Below, in pieces: positions 33,347 through 44,128 of a stretch of DNA of 64,000 nucleotides. The stretch's first letter is position 1; each line of letters begins with the position of its first letter. The notes beneath the pieces are model-generated. The model saw only the letters and a program-made list of their open reading frames with translations. It did not search any database and was not told the origin of the DNA. A program made the translations under genes and the position numbers. This stretch comes from an uncultured Polaromonas sp. (GTDB taxonomy: Bacteria > Pseudomonadota > Gammaproteobacteria > Burkholderiales > Burkholderiaceae_C): assembly GCA_937863225.1 (NCBI GenBank), contig CALMEI010000063.1, positions 2,137 through 66,136 on the forward strand, in the 5' to 3' direction.

Positions 33347-34753
33347 CTAAAGCGGTAAAGTTACCACAAAACTTGCGCCTTTTCCGTTTGCGCCTGCTTC
33401 ACAACGCACTGAGCCGCCGTGTCGCGTGGCGATAGACTTCACCAAAGACAAGCCCAGACCCACGCCGCCCTCACGCTCGCTCGCGCCCGGCGCACGGAAG
33501 AAGGGCTCAAAAATTCGCTCTCTCAATTCCACAGGAACGCCTGGACCATGGTCGGTGACGCAGATGATGGCCATCTTGTCTGCCAGCGCCAAGCTGAGTT
33601 GGACGCGTTCTTGATCGGTTGTTGCCGTGTTTGTTGCATTGTTTTGCGTGGTTGATTGCGGCTTGGCATAGCGGTTGGCATTTTCCAGCAAGTTGCGCAT
33701 CACACGTCGCAATAATTTGGGCACACCTTGCACCACGACTTCAGTGGTGCCTTGCACATCCAAATCCGCGCCGGTGAGGGCACACTCTTCGGCCGCCATA
33801 CCAATCAAATCGACCTTTTCAAAGGTGCCGACATCCGCTGACGCTGAGTCCAAGCGGCTGGCCAATAATATTTCGGCAATGAGCGCATCCAGCTCGTTGA
33901 TGTTGCGGGCAATTTCGTCTTTCAAACGTGTTTGTGCAGGGTTGTCTGCATGGCTGCCCATCAGCTCTATGCTCATGCGGATGCGGGTCAACGGTGACCG
34001 CAGCTCATGCGAAGCGTTGGCCAACAACGATTTGTGTGAGCTCACCAAGGCTTCGATGCGGCTGGCAGCGGTGTTGAACCGTTCAGCCAAAAAAGCCACT
34101 TCGTCTTTGCCACTGACTTCAACCCGCGTGGACAAGTCGCCTTGCCCCCATTGTTCAACACCGCGTTGCAAATTGTTCAGACGTTTGGTCAATCGCCGTA
34201 TCACCGGGTAAGTGCCCAAGGCCACAGCAATGCCAACCAAACCCAACATCCATACAAATCCAAATGGCGGTGTAAACCACGACGCATTGGCAGGTGGTCC
34301 GGTTCGACTCATATCACGATCTTGTTTGCGGTCGCGCATGCGTTCATGTAAACGATCCCGCACATTGTCATTCGGTCGCTCCAAATTCCGATCGTAATTA
34401 CGGTTAAAGGGACGCAAGGGCTCTAACGCACCTGTTTCTGGGTTGACGCGCTGTGGTCTGGGCAATTCCGCTGTGATGCTGCTGCCGGCTGGCACGGCTT
34501 GGCTGAGTTGAATGGTGAATTCCAGGGGCATTGCTGGCGCACGCGGTAAGGCTTTGGTGCGACCTATCTCATCGCCCGCTTCATTTTTAATGATCAATTC
34601 ACGCACCAACATCGCACTGCTGAATTCCGCACTTTTGCGCTCTGCGCTTTCGCGCCATGCGAGACCCACCATCAAAATCAACACCGCCACAGCAACCACC
34701 ACCGCCACCCAAATACGGACGTACAAACGGTCAAAGAATGGTTGGTTCTGCAT
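33347..34753 (-). CDS. sensor histidine kinase (TM-HAMP-HisKA-HATPase)
   Basis: The H-box is ANASHELRSPLT. N, G1 and G2 boxes are LENANRY, DHGPGV and GVGLGLS. Confidence 0.9.
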   Translation of the reverse strand: MQNQPFFDRLYVRIWVAVVVAVAVLILMVGLAWRESAERKSAEFSSAMLVRELIIKNEAGDEIGRTKALPRAPAMPLEFTIQLSQAVPAGSSITAELPRPQRVNPETGALEPLRPFNRNYDRNLERPNDNVRDRLHERMRDRKQDRDMSRTGPPANASWFTPPFGFVWMLGLVGIAVALGTYPVIRRLTKRLNNLQRGVEQWGQGDLSTRVEVSGKDEVAFLAERFNTAASRIEALVSSHKSLLANASHELRSPLTRIRMSIELMGSHADNPAQTRLKDEIARNINELDALIAEILLASRLDSASADVGTFEKVDLIGMAAEECALTGADLDVQGTTEVVVQGVPKLLRRVMRNLLENANRYAKPQSTTQNNATNTATTDQERVQLSLALADKMAIICVTDHGPGVPVELRERIFEPFFRAPGASEREGGVGLGLSLVKSIATRHGGSVRCEAGANGKGASFVVTLPL

Positions 34754-34759
34754 CTTGCT

Positions 34760-35482
34760 TTAGTCTTGTTGCTTGGCAAATACGTAACCCACGCCACGCA
34801 CCGTCAAAATGCGCTTCGGGTCTTTGGCGTCTACTTCTATGGCGGCGCGAATACGCCCCATGTGCACATCGATGGAGCGATCAAACGCTTCCAGCTCGCG
34901 CCCACGTACCGCCTCCATGATTTGGTCTCGCGTGAGCACGCGGCCGGCACGCTCTGCCACTGCCAACAGCAAGTCAAACTGATAAGAGGTGAGCTCTACC
35001 GCTTGACCTTTCAAACGCACTTCGCGCGCATCGCGGTCAATTTCTAAAGAGCCAAAACGCAGCAAAGGCAGTGCACCTGATGCTTCGGGAGTTGTACTGG
35101 ATGCGTCTTGGCTGCGTCGCAAAATGGCACGAATGCGCGCCAACAATTCACGCGGTTCAAATGGCTTGGCCAAATAATCGTCAGCACCCACCTCCAAACC
35201 AATCACGCGGTCCATCGGGTCGCCTTTCGCGGTGAGCATCAAAAGTGGCGTTTTACCCAAGGCCCCGCCCAATGCACGGATGCGGCGACAAATTTCCAAG
35301 CCGTCCATATCCGGCAGCATCAAATCCAACACCACCAAAGACGGTGGTGTTTTTTGCAAAGCTGCCAGACCACTGGCACCGTCCAAGGCATGCGTCACTT
35401 CCAGACCGCCTTGTCGCAGGTATTCACTGACCATGCTGGCCAAACGCTCATCGTCTTCAATCATCAAAAGTTGTTGCGTCAT
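34760..35482 (-). CDS. OmpR-family response regulator
   Basis: Receiver domain (LVVLDLMLPDMDG) plus a winged-helix output domain (LTVRGVGYVF). Confidence 0.9.
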   Translation of the reverse strand: MTQQLLMIEDDERLASMVSEYLRQGGLEVTHALDGASGLAALQKTPPSLVVLDLMLPDMDGLEICRRIRALGGALGKTPLLMLTAKGDPMDRVIGLEVGADDYLAKPFEPRELLARIRAILRRSQDASSTTPEASGALPLLRFGSLEIDRDAREVRLKGQAVELTSYQFDLLLAVAERAGRVLTRDQIMEAVRGRELEAFDRSIDVHMGRIRAAIEVDAKDPKRILTVRGVGYVFAKQQD

Positions 35483-35630
35483 TTTTTAAACTTCTATTTG
35501 CATGTGTTTTTATCAATGCTACTCAGGGTTAAACGCGGCCGACCTTTCGCGCGAAAGGACATGATGCATCTGGCCTATCTTGATTTGCATGAAGCCAGCG
35601 TAAAGTATTGTAAATTTCATATCCTGAATT

Positions 35631-35698
35631 GCTATATTATTCATAGCACTCTAGGCAATTAATACGCCGTCTAGAGCCTGATTTTTCATATATTTTAG
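35631..35698. repeat. dispersed 65-70 bp repeat family, intergenic copy
   Basis: GCTATATTATTCATAGCACTCTAGGCAATTAATACGCCGTCTAGAGCCTGATTTTTCATATATTTTAG, 11 nt downstream of the ampG stop. Confidence 0.85.
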
Positions 35699-35708
35699 GC
35701 GTTACTGG

Positions 35709-37106
35709 CTATGACTGTGCCACCTGGACCTTGGCTGCCAACCACACCAACAACAACACGGGCACACCCAGCATGGCGGTGGCGATGAAAAAATCACTGT
35801 AACCAAACTTGTCAACAAATTGCCCTGAAAACCCAGCAATGAATTTGGGTAACAACAGCATCAGTGAACTGAACAAGGCATATTGTGTGGCGGAGTAATT
35901 CACATTGGTGAGGCTTGACAGGTAGGCGATGAACGCGGCTGATGCAATGCCACTGGCAAGATTGTCGGCTGAAATCACCCACACCAAAGCCGTTAAGTCA
36001 TGGCCGCGTCCGCCCAACCATGCGAAAAGCAAATTGCTGATTGCGCTCAAGAACGCGCCCAACATCAGCACGCGCATCACGCCATAGCGCATGGACAACA
36101 CACCCCCGATGAAGGCGCCCACCAATGTCATGATGACGCCAAACACTTTGGTGACATTGGCCACTTCCAACTTGGTGTAGCCCATGTCCACATAAAACGG
36201 ATTGGCCATGATGCCCATGACCACATCACTGATGCGATAAGTCGCAATCAAGGCCAACAACAAAGCCGCATGCCATTTGTAGCGTTTGAAAAAATCGGCA
36301 AACGGATTGATCAACGCGCCCTGCAACCACTCACCGATACTTTTAGCAGGTGCAAATTCACGCTCTGCGGGTTTGGGTGACCACAGCACGGTGACCACAC
36401 CCAAAAGCATGGATGCGGCCATCACCAAATACGCTGTTTGCCACGCCTGATGCTGGTAGGCGGCTTTGACCGCTTCACCAGCGATGGCAGAGCTGGCCGC
36501 CAGTGCAGTGCTTGCTGCGGGTGAAATTTCTGCCCAAGCCGCCACCCAAAACACGCCCGCACCGGCCCAAATCATGGCCACGCGATAACCCGTTTGATAG
36601 GCTGCGGCCAACGCGGCTTGTCTGTCCACATCGGCGGCTTCGATGCGGTAGGCGTCCAATGCAATGTCCTGCGTGGCAGAGCCGAACGCCACTGCCAATG
36701 CGAACCAAACCACAGGCAACAAGGATTGTTGTGGGTCATTCACCGCCATACCCACCAAACCGGCCATGATGAGCGCTTGCGATAACAACAACCAACTGCG
36801 CCTGCGCCCCAGCCTTGTTGTCAAGACAGGGATGGGCAGTCTGTCAACCAAAGGCGCCCACACCCATTTGAAACCATAAGCCAAGCCCACCCAACTCAGG
36901 TACCCAATGGTGCTGCGATCGATGCCTGCTTCGCGCAGACGAAAGCTGAGTGTCCCCAGAACCAACAGCAAAGGCAGGCCAGCCGAAAAGCCCAGCAAAA
37001 GCATCCGCAAAGTGGGCGGCTCAAGGTAAACCTTGAGCGTTTCGATCCAACTGCGTTTGGCTATTTGGTTTGCTGCGGTGGGTGCAGAAGTGTTGGGGCT
37101 GGTCAT
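35709..37106 (-). CDS. ampG: muropeptide MFS permease AmpG
   Basis: AmpG-like sequence (LLGFSAGLPLLLV...WVWAPLVDR...RRRSWLL). Confidence 0.8.
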   Translation of the reverse strand: MTSPNTSAPTAANQIAKRSWIETLKVYLEPPTLRMLLLGFSAGLPLLLVLGTLSFRLREAGIDRSTIGYLSWVGLAYGFKWVWAPLVDRLPIPVLTTRLGRRRSWLLLSQALIMAGLVGMAVNDPQQSLLPVVWFALAVAFGSATQDIALDAYRIEAADVDRQAALAAAYQTGYRVAMIWAGAGVFWVAAWAEISPAASTALAASSAIAGEAVKAAYQHQAWQTAYLVMAASMLLGVVTVLWSPKPAEREFAPAKSIGEWLQGALINPFADFFKRYKWHAALLLALIATYRISDVVMGIMANPFYVDMGYTKLEVANVTKVFGVIMTLVGAFIGGVLSMRYGVMRVLMLGAFLSAISNLLFAWLGGRGHDLTALVWVISADNLASGIASAAFIAYLSSLTNVNYSATQYALFSSLMLLLPKFIAGFSGQFVDKFGYSDFFIATAMLGVPVLLLVWLAAKVQVAQS

Positions 37107-37142
37107 GCCGCCATCATAATGCCTGCAAACTCCACGCGCGCG

Positions 37143-37493
37143 CTAGTATTTGGTAGCAGGAATGATGGTGCCTTCGTAATACGCTTTGGTGATGATGGTA
37201 TTGGCAGCAGGCTTATCTTTGGTGCTGGTGCAATTGGCCACCACTGCCGTGTGCACCGTGGTTTCGCCACCCGCTACACCACCATAAAATTGTTTCAAAC
37301 GACTGACTGTTTCTTTGGCCTCGTTGCCATTGGGCGAAATGTACACGCCATCGATGCACACATTGCCAGCACTCGCGGAAACATTGTCGGCTTGAAAGTA
37401 CGACTCATCTATGCTGCCGCCACCGCAAGCTGACAAGCCCAGGATACCGCCCACCAATACACTGCCAATGCCAATTTTGCGAAGTGAAAACAT
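37143..37493 (-). CDS. small lipoprotein, unknown function
   Basis: ATG at 37493 inside ORF 37143..37598. Lipobox LGLSAC. Confidence 0.6.
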   Translation of the reverse strand: MFSLRKIGIGSVLVGGILGLSACGGGSIDESYFQADNVSASAGNVCIDGVYISPNGNEAKETVSRLKQFYGGVAGGETTVHTAVVANCTSTKDKPAANTIITKAYYEGTIIPATKY

Positions 37494-37557
37494 GATTTTC
37501 TCCTTAAGTAATTGATTCTTACAATTGTGCTGTCTGTAGATTATCATACTCTTAACC

Positions 37558-38055
37558 ATGCCAAAAACAACACATAAAGCGCCAGACGCACAAGCCATCG
37601 CTTTTGAACCTGAATTTATTCAGCAATTGAAACTCATTTTTGAAGAAAGCATCGTTTTCAATCAAGTACTGGGGCTTAAAGTAAACAAAGTGTCACCCGA
37701 CAAATGCACAGGCAGCATCATCATGCGACCAGAATTGATAGGCCACTACAGCCATAACCGCATGCATGGCGGCGTGATCAGCGCGTCGCTGGATGCCATG
37801 GGTGGCTTGGCTGTGATGGCGGCGATAGGTGCCAGACACATGGACGAACCCGTAGCAGCTCGCCTGTCTCGATTTGGCAAACTGGGTACCATCGATTTGC
37901 GGATTGATTATTTACGGCCAGCGATTGGTGAAATGTTCACCTTGCAAGCTGAAGTATTGCGCTTAGGTTCGCGCGTGGCCTCGACGCGCATGTCATTCAT
38001 GGCTGCAGACGGCAAACTGCTCTCAACAGGAGCGGGCGCTTACATAGTTTCTTAA
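37558..38055 (+). CDS. hotdog-fold thioesterase (PaaI/YigI-like)
   Basis: NRMHGGVISASLDAMGG motif; 165 aa. Confidence 0.75.
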   Translation: MPKTTHKAPDAQAIAFEPEFIQQLKLIFEESIVFNQVLGLKVNKVSPDKCTGSIIMRPELIGHYSHNRMHGGVISASLDAMGGLAVMAAIGARHMDEPVAARLSRFGKLGTIDLRIDYLRPAIGEMFTLQAEVLRLGSRVASTRMSFMAADGKLLSTGAGAYIVS

Positions 38056-38067
38056 GCGCAAGTTTCT

Positions 38068-39735
38068 TCAGCCTGCATCCAACTCATAGTTGGCATACAC
38101 GGGTGTCCAATCGCGTTGGGACAATCGTTTGTCCATTTGTTCGCGACTGGCCGTCGCCACACCAATGCGCTGGGCTGATTCAGCCACCGCACGGGCCACG
38201 TGGTCGGTGACTTTCATCAAATCTGCTATCGGTGGAAACACCGCGCCACTGGCCAAACGCTCAGGCGTGACTTGAGATGCCAATGCAAAAGAGGCATCGG
38301 TCATCATTTCTGCTTCTACCGTGCGTGCCCCTGAAGCTGCCACGCCCCAGCCAATGCCAGGGAACACAAAGGTATTGTTGCCTTGACCGATGATGTGCTG
38401 TTTGCCCTTCCAAGTGACCGCGGGGAAAGGGCTACCCGTTGCCATCCAGACTTGGCCATCTGTCCAAGCAATGGCGTCTTCAGGCATGATTTCGGTTAAA
38501 TTGGTCGGATTCGACAGTGCAAACACGATCGGTTTGGGTGTGTTTTTCAGCACAGCTTCGATGATTTTTTGATCAAACGATGCACCTTGGCCCGATAAAC
38601 CCAACAAAACGGTCACCTTGGCGTTGAAGATGGTTTCCAGCAAGTTGGGGTTCTTGCTGGCAAATTCCCACTGCGCCAAGCTGCTGCGCTGGTGTGCAAA
38701 TTCTTTTTTGTAATCTTCTAAGCCTTCGCGGTCGTCCAATATCAAACCGCGTGAATCCAAAACAAAGATGCGTTTGTGCGCATCCGCCGCTGACATGCCC
38801 AAACGCACCAAGCCGTTGCGCACTTGCTGAGCCACGCCAATACCGCCTGCGCCTGCGCCACTGACCAAGAAAACCTGTTCTTTCAGTGTTTTGCCTTGCT
38901 CGGTCGCAGCCAACAGCCCCGCCAATGCCATCGCGCCGGTACCTTGAATATCGTCGTTGAAGCTGGGGATTTTTTCGCGGTAGCGTGCCAGTGCATCAAA
39001 GGCGGTGGACTTGCTCAAATCCTCCCATTGCAGCAAGGCATTGGGGAAGCGTTTGCGCCAAGCATCAATGAATGCATCGACCATTTCGAAATATTTGGCG
39101 CCACGTATGCGTGGTTTGCGTACGCCCAAATAAAACGGATCCTCCAACAGTTTTTTATTGTCGGTACCAAAATCCAAAATTACAGGCAAGCTGCGCACTG
39201 GGTTGATACCCGCTGTCAGCGAATACAAGCTGAGTTTACCCATGCAAATGGCGATGCCGCCAAAACCTTGGTCACCAATTCCCAATATGCCTTCGGCATC
39301 GGTCACCACCGCCAAATCGGTGTCGCTGAAGGCGGCCAGAATGCTGTCCAGGTTGTTGTAGTTGTCCTCGGTTACCACCAAGCCACGCGGGGCGCGGTAA
39401 ATGTGGCTGAATTCTTCAATCGCCTGCCCTACCGTCGGTGTGTAGACGATGGGCAGCATTTCTTCGATGTGCGCTTGTATCAGCGCGTAGAACTCGGTGC
39501 GGCTGTAGTCTTGCAGACCGCGCAAAAAAATGTATTTGCTCAATGGTGTGGCAAATTTTGAAAACTGCTCATAGGAGCGTGCGATTTGCTCATCCAGCGT
39601 TTCAACGCGTTGCGGCAGCCGCCCTTCAATGCCAAACGCACGACGTTCTTCCAGAGAGAACGCAGTGCCTTTGTTCAAATACGGATCTTCGAGCAGCGCG
39701 CGTCCGCGGGTTTTAACTTTGATAGTATCTTGCAT
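38068..39735 (-). CDS. maeA: NAD-dependent malic enzyme
   Basis: LEDPYLNKGTAFSLEER, VVTDAEGILGIGDQG and GAGAGGIGVA motifs. ATG at 39735 inside ORF 38068..39777, which starts at a GTG. Confidence 0.9.
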   Translation of the reverse strand: MQDTIKVKTRGRALLEDPYLNKGTAFSLEERRAFGIEGRLPQRVETLDEQIARSYEQFSKFATPLSKYIFLRGLQDYSRTEFYALIQAHIEEMLPIVYTPTVGQAIEEFSHIYRAPRGLVVTEDNYNNLDSILAAFSDTDLAVVTDAEGILGIGDQGFGGIAICMGKLSLYSLTAGINPVRSLPVILDFGTDNKKLLEDPFYLGVRKPRIRGAKYFEMVDAFIDAWRKRFPNALLQWEDLSKSTAFDALARYREKIPSFNDDIQGTGAMALAGLLAATEQGKTLKEQVFLVSGAGAGGIGVAQQVRNGLVRLGMSAADAHKRIFVLDSRGLILDDREGLEDYKKEFAHQRSSLAQWEFASKNPNLLETIFNAKVTVLLGLSGQGASFDQKIIEAVLKNTPKPIVFALSNPTNLTEIMPEDAIAWTDGQVWMATGSPFPAVTWKGKQHIIGQGNNTFVFPGIGWGVAASGARTVEAEMMTDASFALASQVTPERLASGAVFPPIADLMKVTDHVARAVAESAQRIGVATASREQMDKRLSQRDWTPVYANYELDAG

Positions 39736-39823
39736 GGTGTGATGTGTTTGATTGGCCAAGGTTTGAATTGTATACACTTGGCTATCATGCAGCTAACCGA
39801 ACGTGAATAAAAAGGAACCCTCT

Positions 39824-40207
39824 ATGGATGCCATTACAAATAAAGATTTTGACAAGGGCTTGGCCATGCGCAAGCAAGTGATGGGTGAAGACTTTGTGGC
39901 AAACGCGATCGGCAAAGCGACCGACTTCACCCTGCCCATGCAGCAATACATCACACGCAATGCCTGGGGTGATGTGTGGCAACGCACGGGGCTTGATTTG
40001 AAAACACGCAGCCTCATCACCATTGCGATGCTGACAGCCTTAGGTAAACAGCATGAGCTCAAAGGTCATGTGCGCGGAGCGCTGAACAATGGTGCAAGCG
40101 TCACTGAAATTCAAGAAGTGCTGTTGCATGCCAGCATTTATTGCGGCGTACCAACGGCGGTGGAAGCTTTTCGCAGTGCGGCTGAAGTGATCGATCAACC
40201 TGTATGA
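39824..40207 (+). CDS. carboxymuconolactone decarboxylase-family protein
   Basis: PcaC/CMD-like sequence (WQRTGLDLKTRSLITIAMLTALG...ASIYCGVP). ATG at 39824 follows AAAGGAA. Confidence 0.8.
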   Translation: MDAITNKDFDKGLAMRKQVMGEDFVANAIGKATDFTLPMQQYITRNAWGDVWQRTGLDLKTRSLITIAMLTALGKQHELKGHVRGALNNGASVTEIQEVLLHASIYCGVPTAVEAFRSAAEVIDQPV

Positions 40208-40230
40208 GCCAAGTCTACCCAATGGCTGTA

Positions 40231-40296
40231 AAATTTATATAAAATCTGGCTCTATGCGTCATAAGATATGCCTAGAGTGCTATTAAAATCATAGCG
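40231..40296. repeat. dispersed 65-70 bp repeat family, intergenic copy
   Basis: AAATTTATATAAAATCTGGCTCTATGCGTCATAAGATATGCCTAGAGTGCTATTAAAATCATAGCG, 24 nt after the stop at 40207. Confidence 0.8.
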
Positions 40297-40333
40297 CATC
40301 ACTACACATTAAATATCTATCGAGAGGTTCAAC

Positions 40334-40681
40334 ATGCTGTTTAAATTCAAATCCACTGTCGCTGGCGACTTGATTATGCTGGAGCCCAATGGCCGACGCG
40401 TGTTGGAAATCATTGGCAAAGACCCCCATCAAGCTGGCATCATTTTGCCTGCACAAATGCCTGCCGCATTAAACGCTTTAGACAAAGCCATTCAAGAGGA
40501 AGATGAAGCAGTTGAAAAAGCCAAACGCAATGCGAACAACGCATGCACTGGTTTCAATGATGCAGAAAACACGGCTACATATGCTGACCATGGTGTCCCA
40601 CTGCGTCAGCGCACATTGCCATTTGTCGAACTGTTAAAAAAATGCAAACAAGCCGATGCCGAGATAGTTTGGGGCGTGTAG
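40334..40681 (+). CDS. DUF1840-like small protein
   Basis: The MLFKFKSTVAGDLIMLEPNGRRVLEIIGKD N-terminus is recognised from memory as DUF1840. Confidence 0.6.
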   Translation: MLFKFKSTVAGDLIMLEPNGRRVLEIIGKDPHQAGIILPAQMPAALNALDKAIQEEDEAVEKAKRNANNACTGFNDAENTATYADHGVPLRQRTLPFVELLKKCKQADAEIVWGV

Positions 40682-40714
40682 TGACGTAAAGGCTGTGCCA
40701 CAATGCCAGCGCCC

Positions 40715-40746
40715 ACAAAAAAGCCGCATGATATGCGGCTTTTTTT
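40715..40746. terminator. bidirectional rho-independent terminator between convergent genes
   Basis: AAAAAA-AGCCGCAT-gat-ATGCGGCT-TTTTTTTT. Confidence 0.85.
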
Positions 40747-40806
40747 TGCGTCTTTTTCAATGCTCGGTGGTGAGCACTTAATCAGACAAAGTTCAATTTC
40801 ATCGTC

Positions 40807-41793
40807 TTAATCGGCATATGCGCCAGCTGCTTTGATCACGGGACCCCATTTGGCAATTTCTGCAACGACAAATTTTTTGTGCTCTGCAGGCTCCATGCGC
40901 TTGTCAGTGACCACAATCGCGCCCAAACCTTCTTGGCGTTTGATGAAATCAGGGTCTTTCAGTGCGGCTTTCATGGCCTCATTGATTTTCTTGGCGACTG
41001 GAGCAGGCATGCCTTTAGGTCCATACAGACCGTGCCAGATGCTCACTTGGAAGTCTTTCAGTCCCGCTTCGTTCAATGTGGGCACATCTTTCAAAGCTGC
41101 CGTCATCACACGTTTAGGGGTGGTAACACCAAACGCTTTGATTTTTTTGCCTTCAATTTGCGCTGAGGTATTGGTTGTTTGGTCGCACATGATATCGACT
41201 TGGCCGCCCAATAAATCGTTCATGGCCGGTGCAGTGCCTTTGTATGGCACTGTCGTCATATCAATGGCCATGGCGCTTTGGAACATCATGCCGCACATGT
41301 GTGAAGCTGAACCAGGACCCGCGTTGGCCAAATTGATTTTGCCCTTGTTATCGTTTGCCCATTTGCGCAATTCGGCAAAATTATTCGCTGGCAAGGTGTT
41401 GCGGCCCACCAATGTCATGGGTACGTCGTTAACCATGCCCAAGAATTCAAAATCGTTTTCCACGTTGTAAGGCAATTTGCGAATCATGGTGGGCAAGCTG
41501 GCTTGTCCAATATGGAACAACAACAAAGAATAGCCGTCTGGATTGGCTTTGGCAATCTTGTTGGCGCCAATCGAGCCGCTGGCACCAGCCACGTTTTCCA
41601 CCACAATGGTGCCGCCCAAGGTTTTACCCATGGCCACGGCCAAATCGCGTGCGACTTTGTCAGTGGGGCCGCCTGCCGCAAAGGGAACAACGATGCTGAT
41701 GGTTTTGTCTTTGATGGGGTAATCTTGCGCTTGCACGGAAGCGCCCAGCATGGCAAAACAGGCCATGGATACTGCGAGTAGTTTCTTCATCAT
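40807..41793 (-). CDS. Bug-family (TctC-like) tripartite tricarboxylate transporter substrate-binding protein
   Basis: ATG at 41793 or 41790 inside ORF 40807..41862. Signal peptide ending in VQAQDYP, then VVPFAAGGPTD and Bug-family sequence. Confidence 0.85.
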   Translation of the reverse strand: MMKKLLAVSMACFAMLGASVQAQDYPIKDKTISIVVPFAAGGPTDKVARDLAVAMGKTLGGTIVVENVAGASGSIGANKIAKANPDGYSLLLFHIGQASLPTMIRKLPYNVENDFEFLGMVNDVPMTLVGRNTLPANNFAELRKWANDNKGKINLANAGPGSASHMCGMMFQSAMAIDMTTVPYKGTAPAMNDLLGGQVDIMCDQTTNTSAQIEGKKIKAFGVTTPKRVMTAALKDVPTLNEAGLKDFQVSIWHGLYGPKGMPAPVAKKINEAMKAALKDPDFIKRQEGLGAIVVTDKRMEPAEHKKFVVAEIAKWGPVIKAAGAYAD

Positions 41794-41965
41794 GTGTCCT
41801 AAGAAAAAAGTTAAAGTTAGTCTGTTCAGCCCAAGATCGACGCACATCGATTCCAAAGCCAAGCCACTAACTATAACGCCAATCGCAGATGCTGGTTTAC
41901 CGTGAAAACCCTATTCAGAAAACCGGTCGTGGCCTGGCACGTCCATTTTTGCAGCGAATGTGGAA

Positions 41966-43264
41966 TTATTTATAGCTGCGGGCATCTTCAATCACGCGCC
42001 CATCGTTCGGCAAGCTGCCTGGGGCCAGCCACTCGACCGAGCCACGCAATTTGGTGACATCACGTATCGCATCACTGATTTTGGCGATCACATCGTCGGC
42101 GCTGGCTTTCGCAGACTCAACCCGCAAAGTCATCACATCGTTGGCCATTTCACCTGAAACCACCAAGCGCGCTTTCAAAACTTCGGGGAAGCGCTTGGCA
42201 ATGGTGTTGACTTGTCCTGGGTGCACAAACATGCCACGAATTTTGGTGGTCTGGTCCGCTCTGCCCATCCACCCTTTGATGCGGGTATTGGTTCGCCCAG
42301 TAGGACAAGCGCCAGGTAATACGGCCGACAAGTCGCCCGTACCAAAGCGAATCAGTGGGTAAACAGGATTCAAGGAAGTGACCACCAACTCACCCACTTC
42401 GCCTTCAGGCACGGGGTCGCCCGTACCGGGGCGAACGATTTCAACGATCACGCCTTCATCCACAACCAGGCCTTCACGGGCGCTGGTCTCATAAGCGATC
42501 AAGCCTAAATCAGCCGTGGCGTAGCACTGAAATGCGTCGATGCCATGCTCAGCAAACCAATCGCGCAAACTCGGCGGGCAAGCCTCGCCCGACACCATGG
42601 CCTTGGTCAGGCTGGGTAAAGCCACGCCCATCTCTTGGGCTTTGTCTAAAATAATTTTCAAAAAGCTGGGTGTGCCCACGTAACCTGCCGGCATGAGTTC
42701 TGCCATGGCTTGCACTTGCTGCTCAGTTTGTCCCGTGCCCGCTGGAAAAACGGTACAGCCCAACGCGTGTGCGCCGGTTTCCATCATCGAGCCGGCGGGT
42801 GTAAAGTGGTAGCTGTAGCTGTTGTGTATCAACTCTCCCGCTTTGAAACCTGCGGCAGACAAAGCCCGCGCCATGCGCCAGTAATCAACGCTGGCACCCT
42901 CTGGTTCATAAATGGTGCCTGGGCTGGCGAACACGCGTCGCACCCCCGCCCCAAATGGCAAGGCATTGAATCCACCAAAGACCACATCTGCCAGCGCACT
43001 TTGTCCACCATTTCCGTTGGTGGCCGCTTTGCGTGTGCTTTGTTGGCGCTCCAGCAATTCGGTTTTACGTGTCACTGGCAATTGCGCCAGCGCTTGTCTG
43101 TTGCACACCGTGCTGGCATCGACACCACGCAAAATGTCAGCAAACGCTATGCTGTTTTTTTGTGCATGGGCGATTTGCTGCGGCAATGCCGCAAACTGCT
43201 CTTTCTCCCGTTCGACTTGGCTGCGGGTCTCGGCGACGCTTAACTGGTTTGCAAAATCGCTCAT
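41966..43264 (-). CDS. phenylacetate-CoA ligase-family (PaaK/F390-synthetase-like) adenylating enzyme
   Basis: PaaK-like sequence. The ATG at 43264 overlaps the upstream stop (ATGA). Confidence 0.7.
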   Translation of the reverse strand: MSDFANQLSVAETRSQVEREKEQFAALPQQIAHAQKNSIAFADILRGVDASTVCNRQALAQLPVTRKTELLERQQSTRKAATNGNGGQSALADVVFGGFNALPFGAGVRRVFASPGTIYEPEGASVDYWRMARALSAAGFKAGELIHNSYSYHFTPAGSMMETGAHALGCTVFPAGTGQTEQQVQAMAELMPAGYVGTPSFLKIILDKAQEMGVALPSLTKAMVSGEACPPSLRDWFAEHGIDAFQCYATADLGLIAYETSAREGLVVDEGVIVEIVRPGTGDPVPEGEVGELVVTSLNPVYPLIRFGTGDLSAVLPGACPTGRTNTRIKGWMGRADQTTKIRGMFVHPGQVNTIAKRFPEVLKARLVVSGEMANDVMTLRVESAKASADDVIAKISDAIRDVTKLRGSVEWLAPGSLPNDGRVIEDARSYK

Positions 43265-44097
43265 GCCAACCACCGTTTTCTGCGTTTGTAGCTTTTGCCA
43301 TCTTTGAAGGATTTTCGCTCACCGCCGCCCATGCCCAAATAAAACTCTTTCACATCTTCGTTGTTCGCAAGATCGCTGGCTTGTCCATCCATCACCACGC
43401 GCCCACTTTCCATGATGTAACCGTAATCGGCGTATTTCAGTGCCATGTTGGTGTTTTGTTCTGCCAGTAAAAAAGTGACTTTTTCACGGTGGTTCAAATC
43501 TTTCACAATCTCAAACACCTCTTCCACAATTTGTGGCGCCAAACCCATGGATGGCTCATCCAGCAACACCATGCTGGGGTTGGCCATCAGCGCACGACCA
43601 ATCGCGCACATTTGCTGCTCACCACCGGACGTGTAAGCCGCTTGACTGGTGCGGCGTGTTTTGAGACGCGGGAAGTAGTTGTACACTTTTTCTAAATTGG
43701 CCTCGACCTCGGCTTTGTTTTTACGTGTGTAGCCGCCCGTCAGTAAATTTTCTTCAATGGTCAAATGGGCAAAACAATGTCGCCCTTCCATCACCTGCAC
43801 CACGCCACGCTGCACCAAATCAGCTGGGCTCAAGTTCTCAATGCGTTCGCCTCTGAGCTCAATCGAGCCTTTGGTAACTGCACCACGCTCACCTTTCAAC
43901 AAATTTGAAATGGCGCGCAAAGTGGTCGTTTTGCCGGCACCATTGCCGCCCAATATGGCCACAATGTTGCCCTCTGGCACACTCAATGACACGCCTTTGA
44001 GTACCAAAATAACATGGTTGTAAATCACTTCGATGCCATTCACATTTAAAACAATGTTGGCATCAGGTGCAGATGTTGATGTAGAGCTTGTAGTCAT
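43261..44097 (-). CDS. ABC transporter ATP-binding protein (LivF-like) with a basic C-terminal tail
   Basis: GGNGAGKTT, SGGEQQM and LLDEPSMGL motifs. Confidence 0.9.
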   Translation of the reverse strand: MTTSSTSTSAPDANIVLNVNGIEVIYNHVILVLKGVSLSVPEGNIVAILGGNGAGKTTTLRAISNLLKGERGAVTKGSIELRGERIENLSPADLVQRGVVQVMEGRHCFAHLTIEENLLTGGYTRKNKAEVEANLEKVYNYFPRLKTRRTSQAAYTSGGEQQMCAIGRALMANPSMVLLDEPSMGLAPQIVEEVFEIVKDLNHREKVTFLLAEQNTNMALKYADYGYIMESGRVVMDGQASDLANNEDVKEFYLGMGGGERKSFKDGKSYKRRKRWLA

Positions 44098-44128
44098 AGT
44101 GTGGTGGTGAAAAAGTCAAACCAAACGG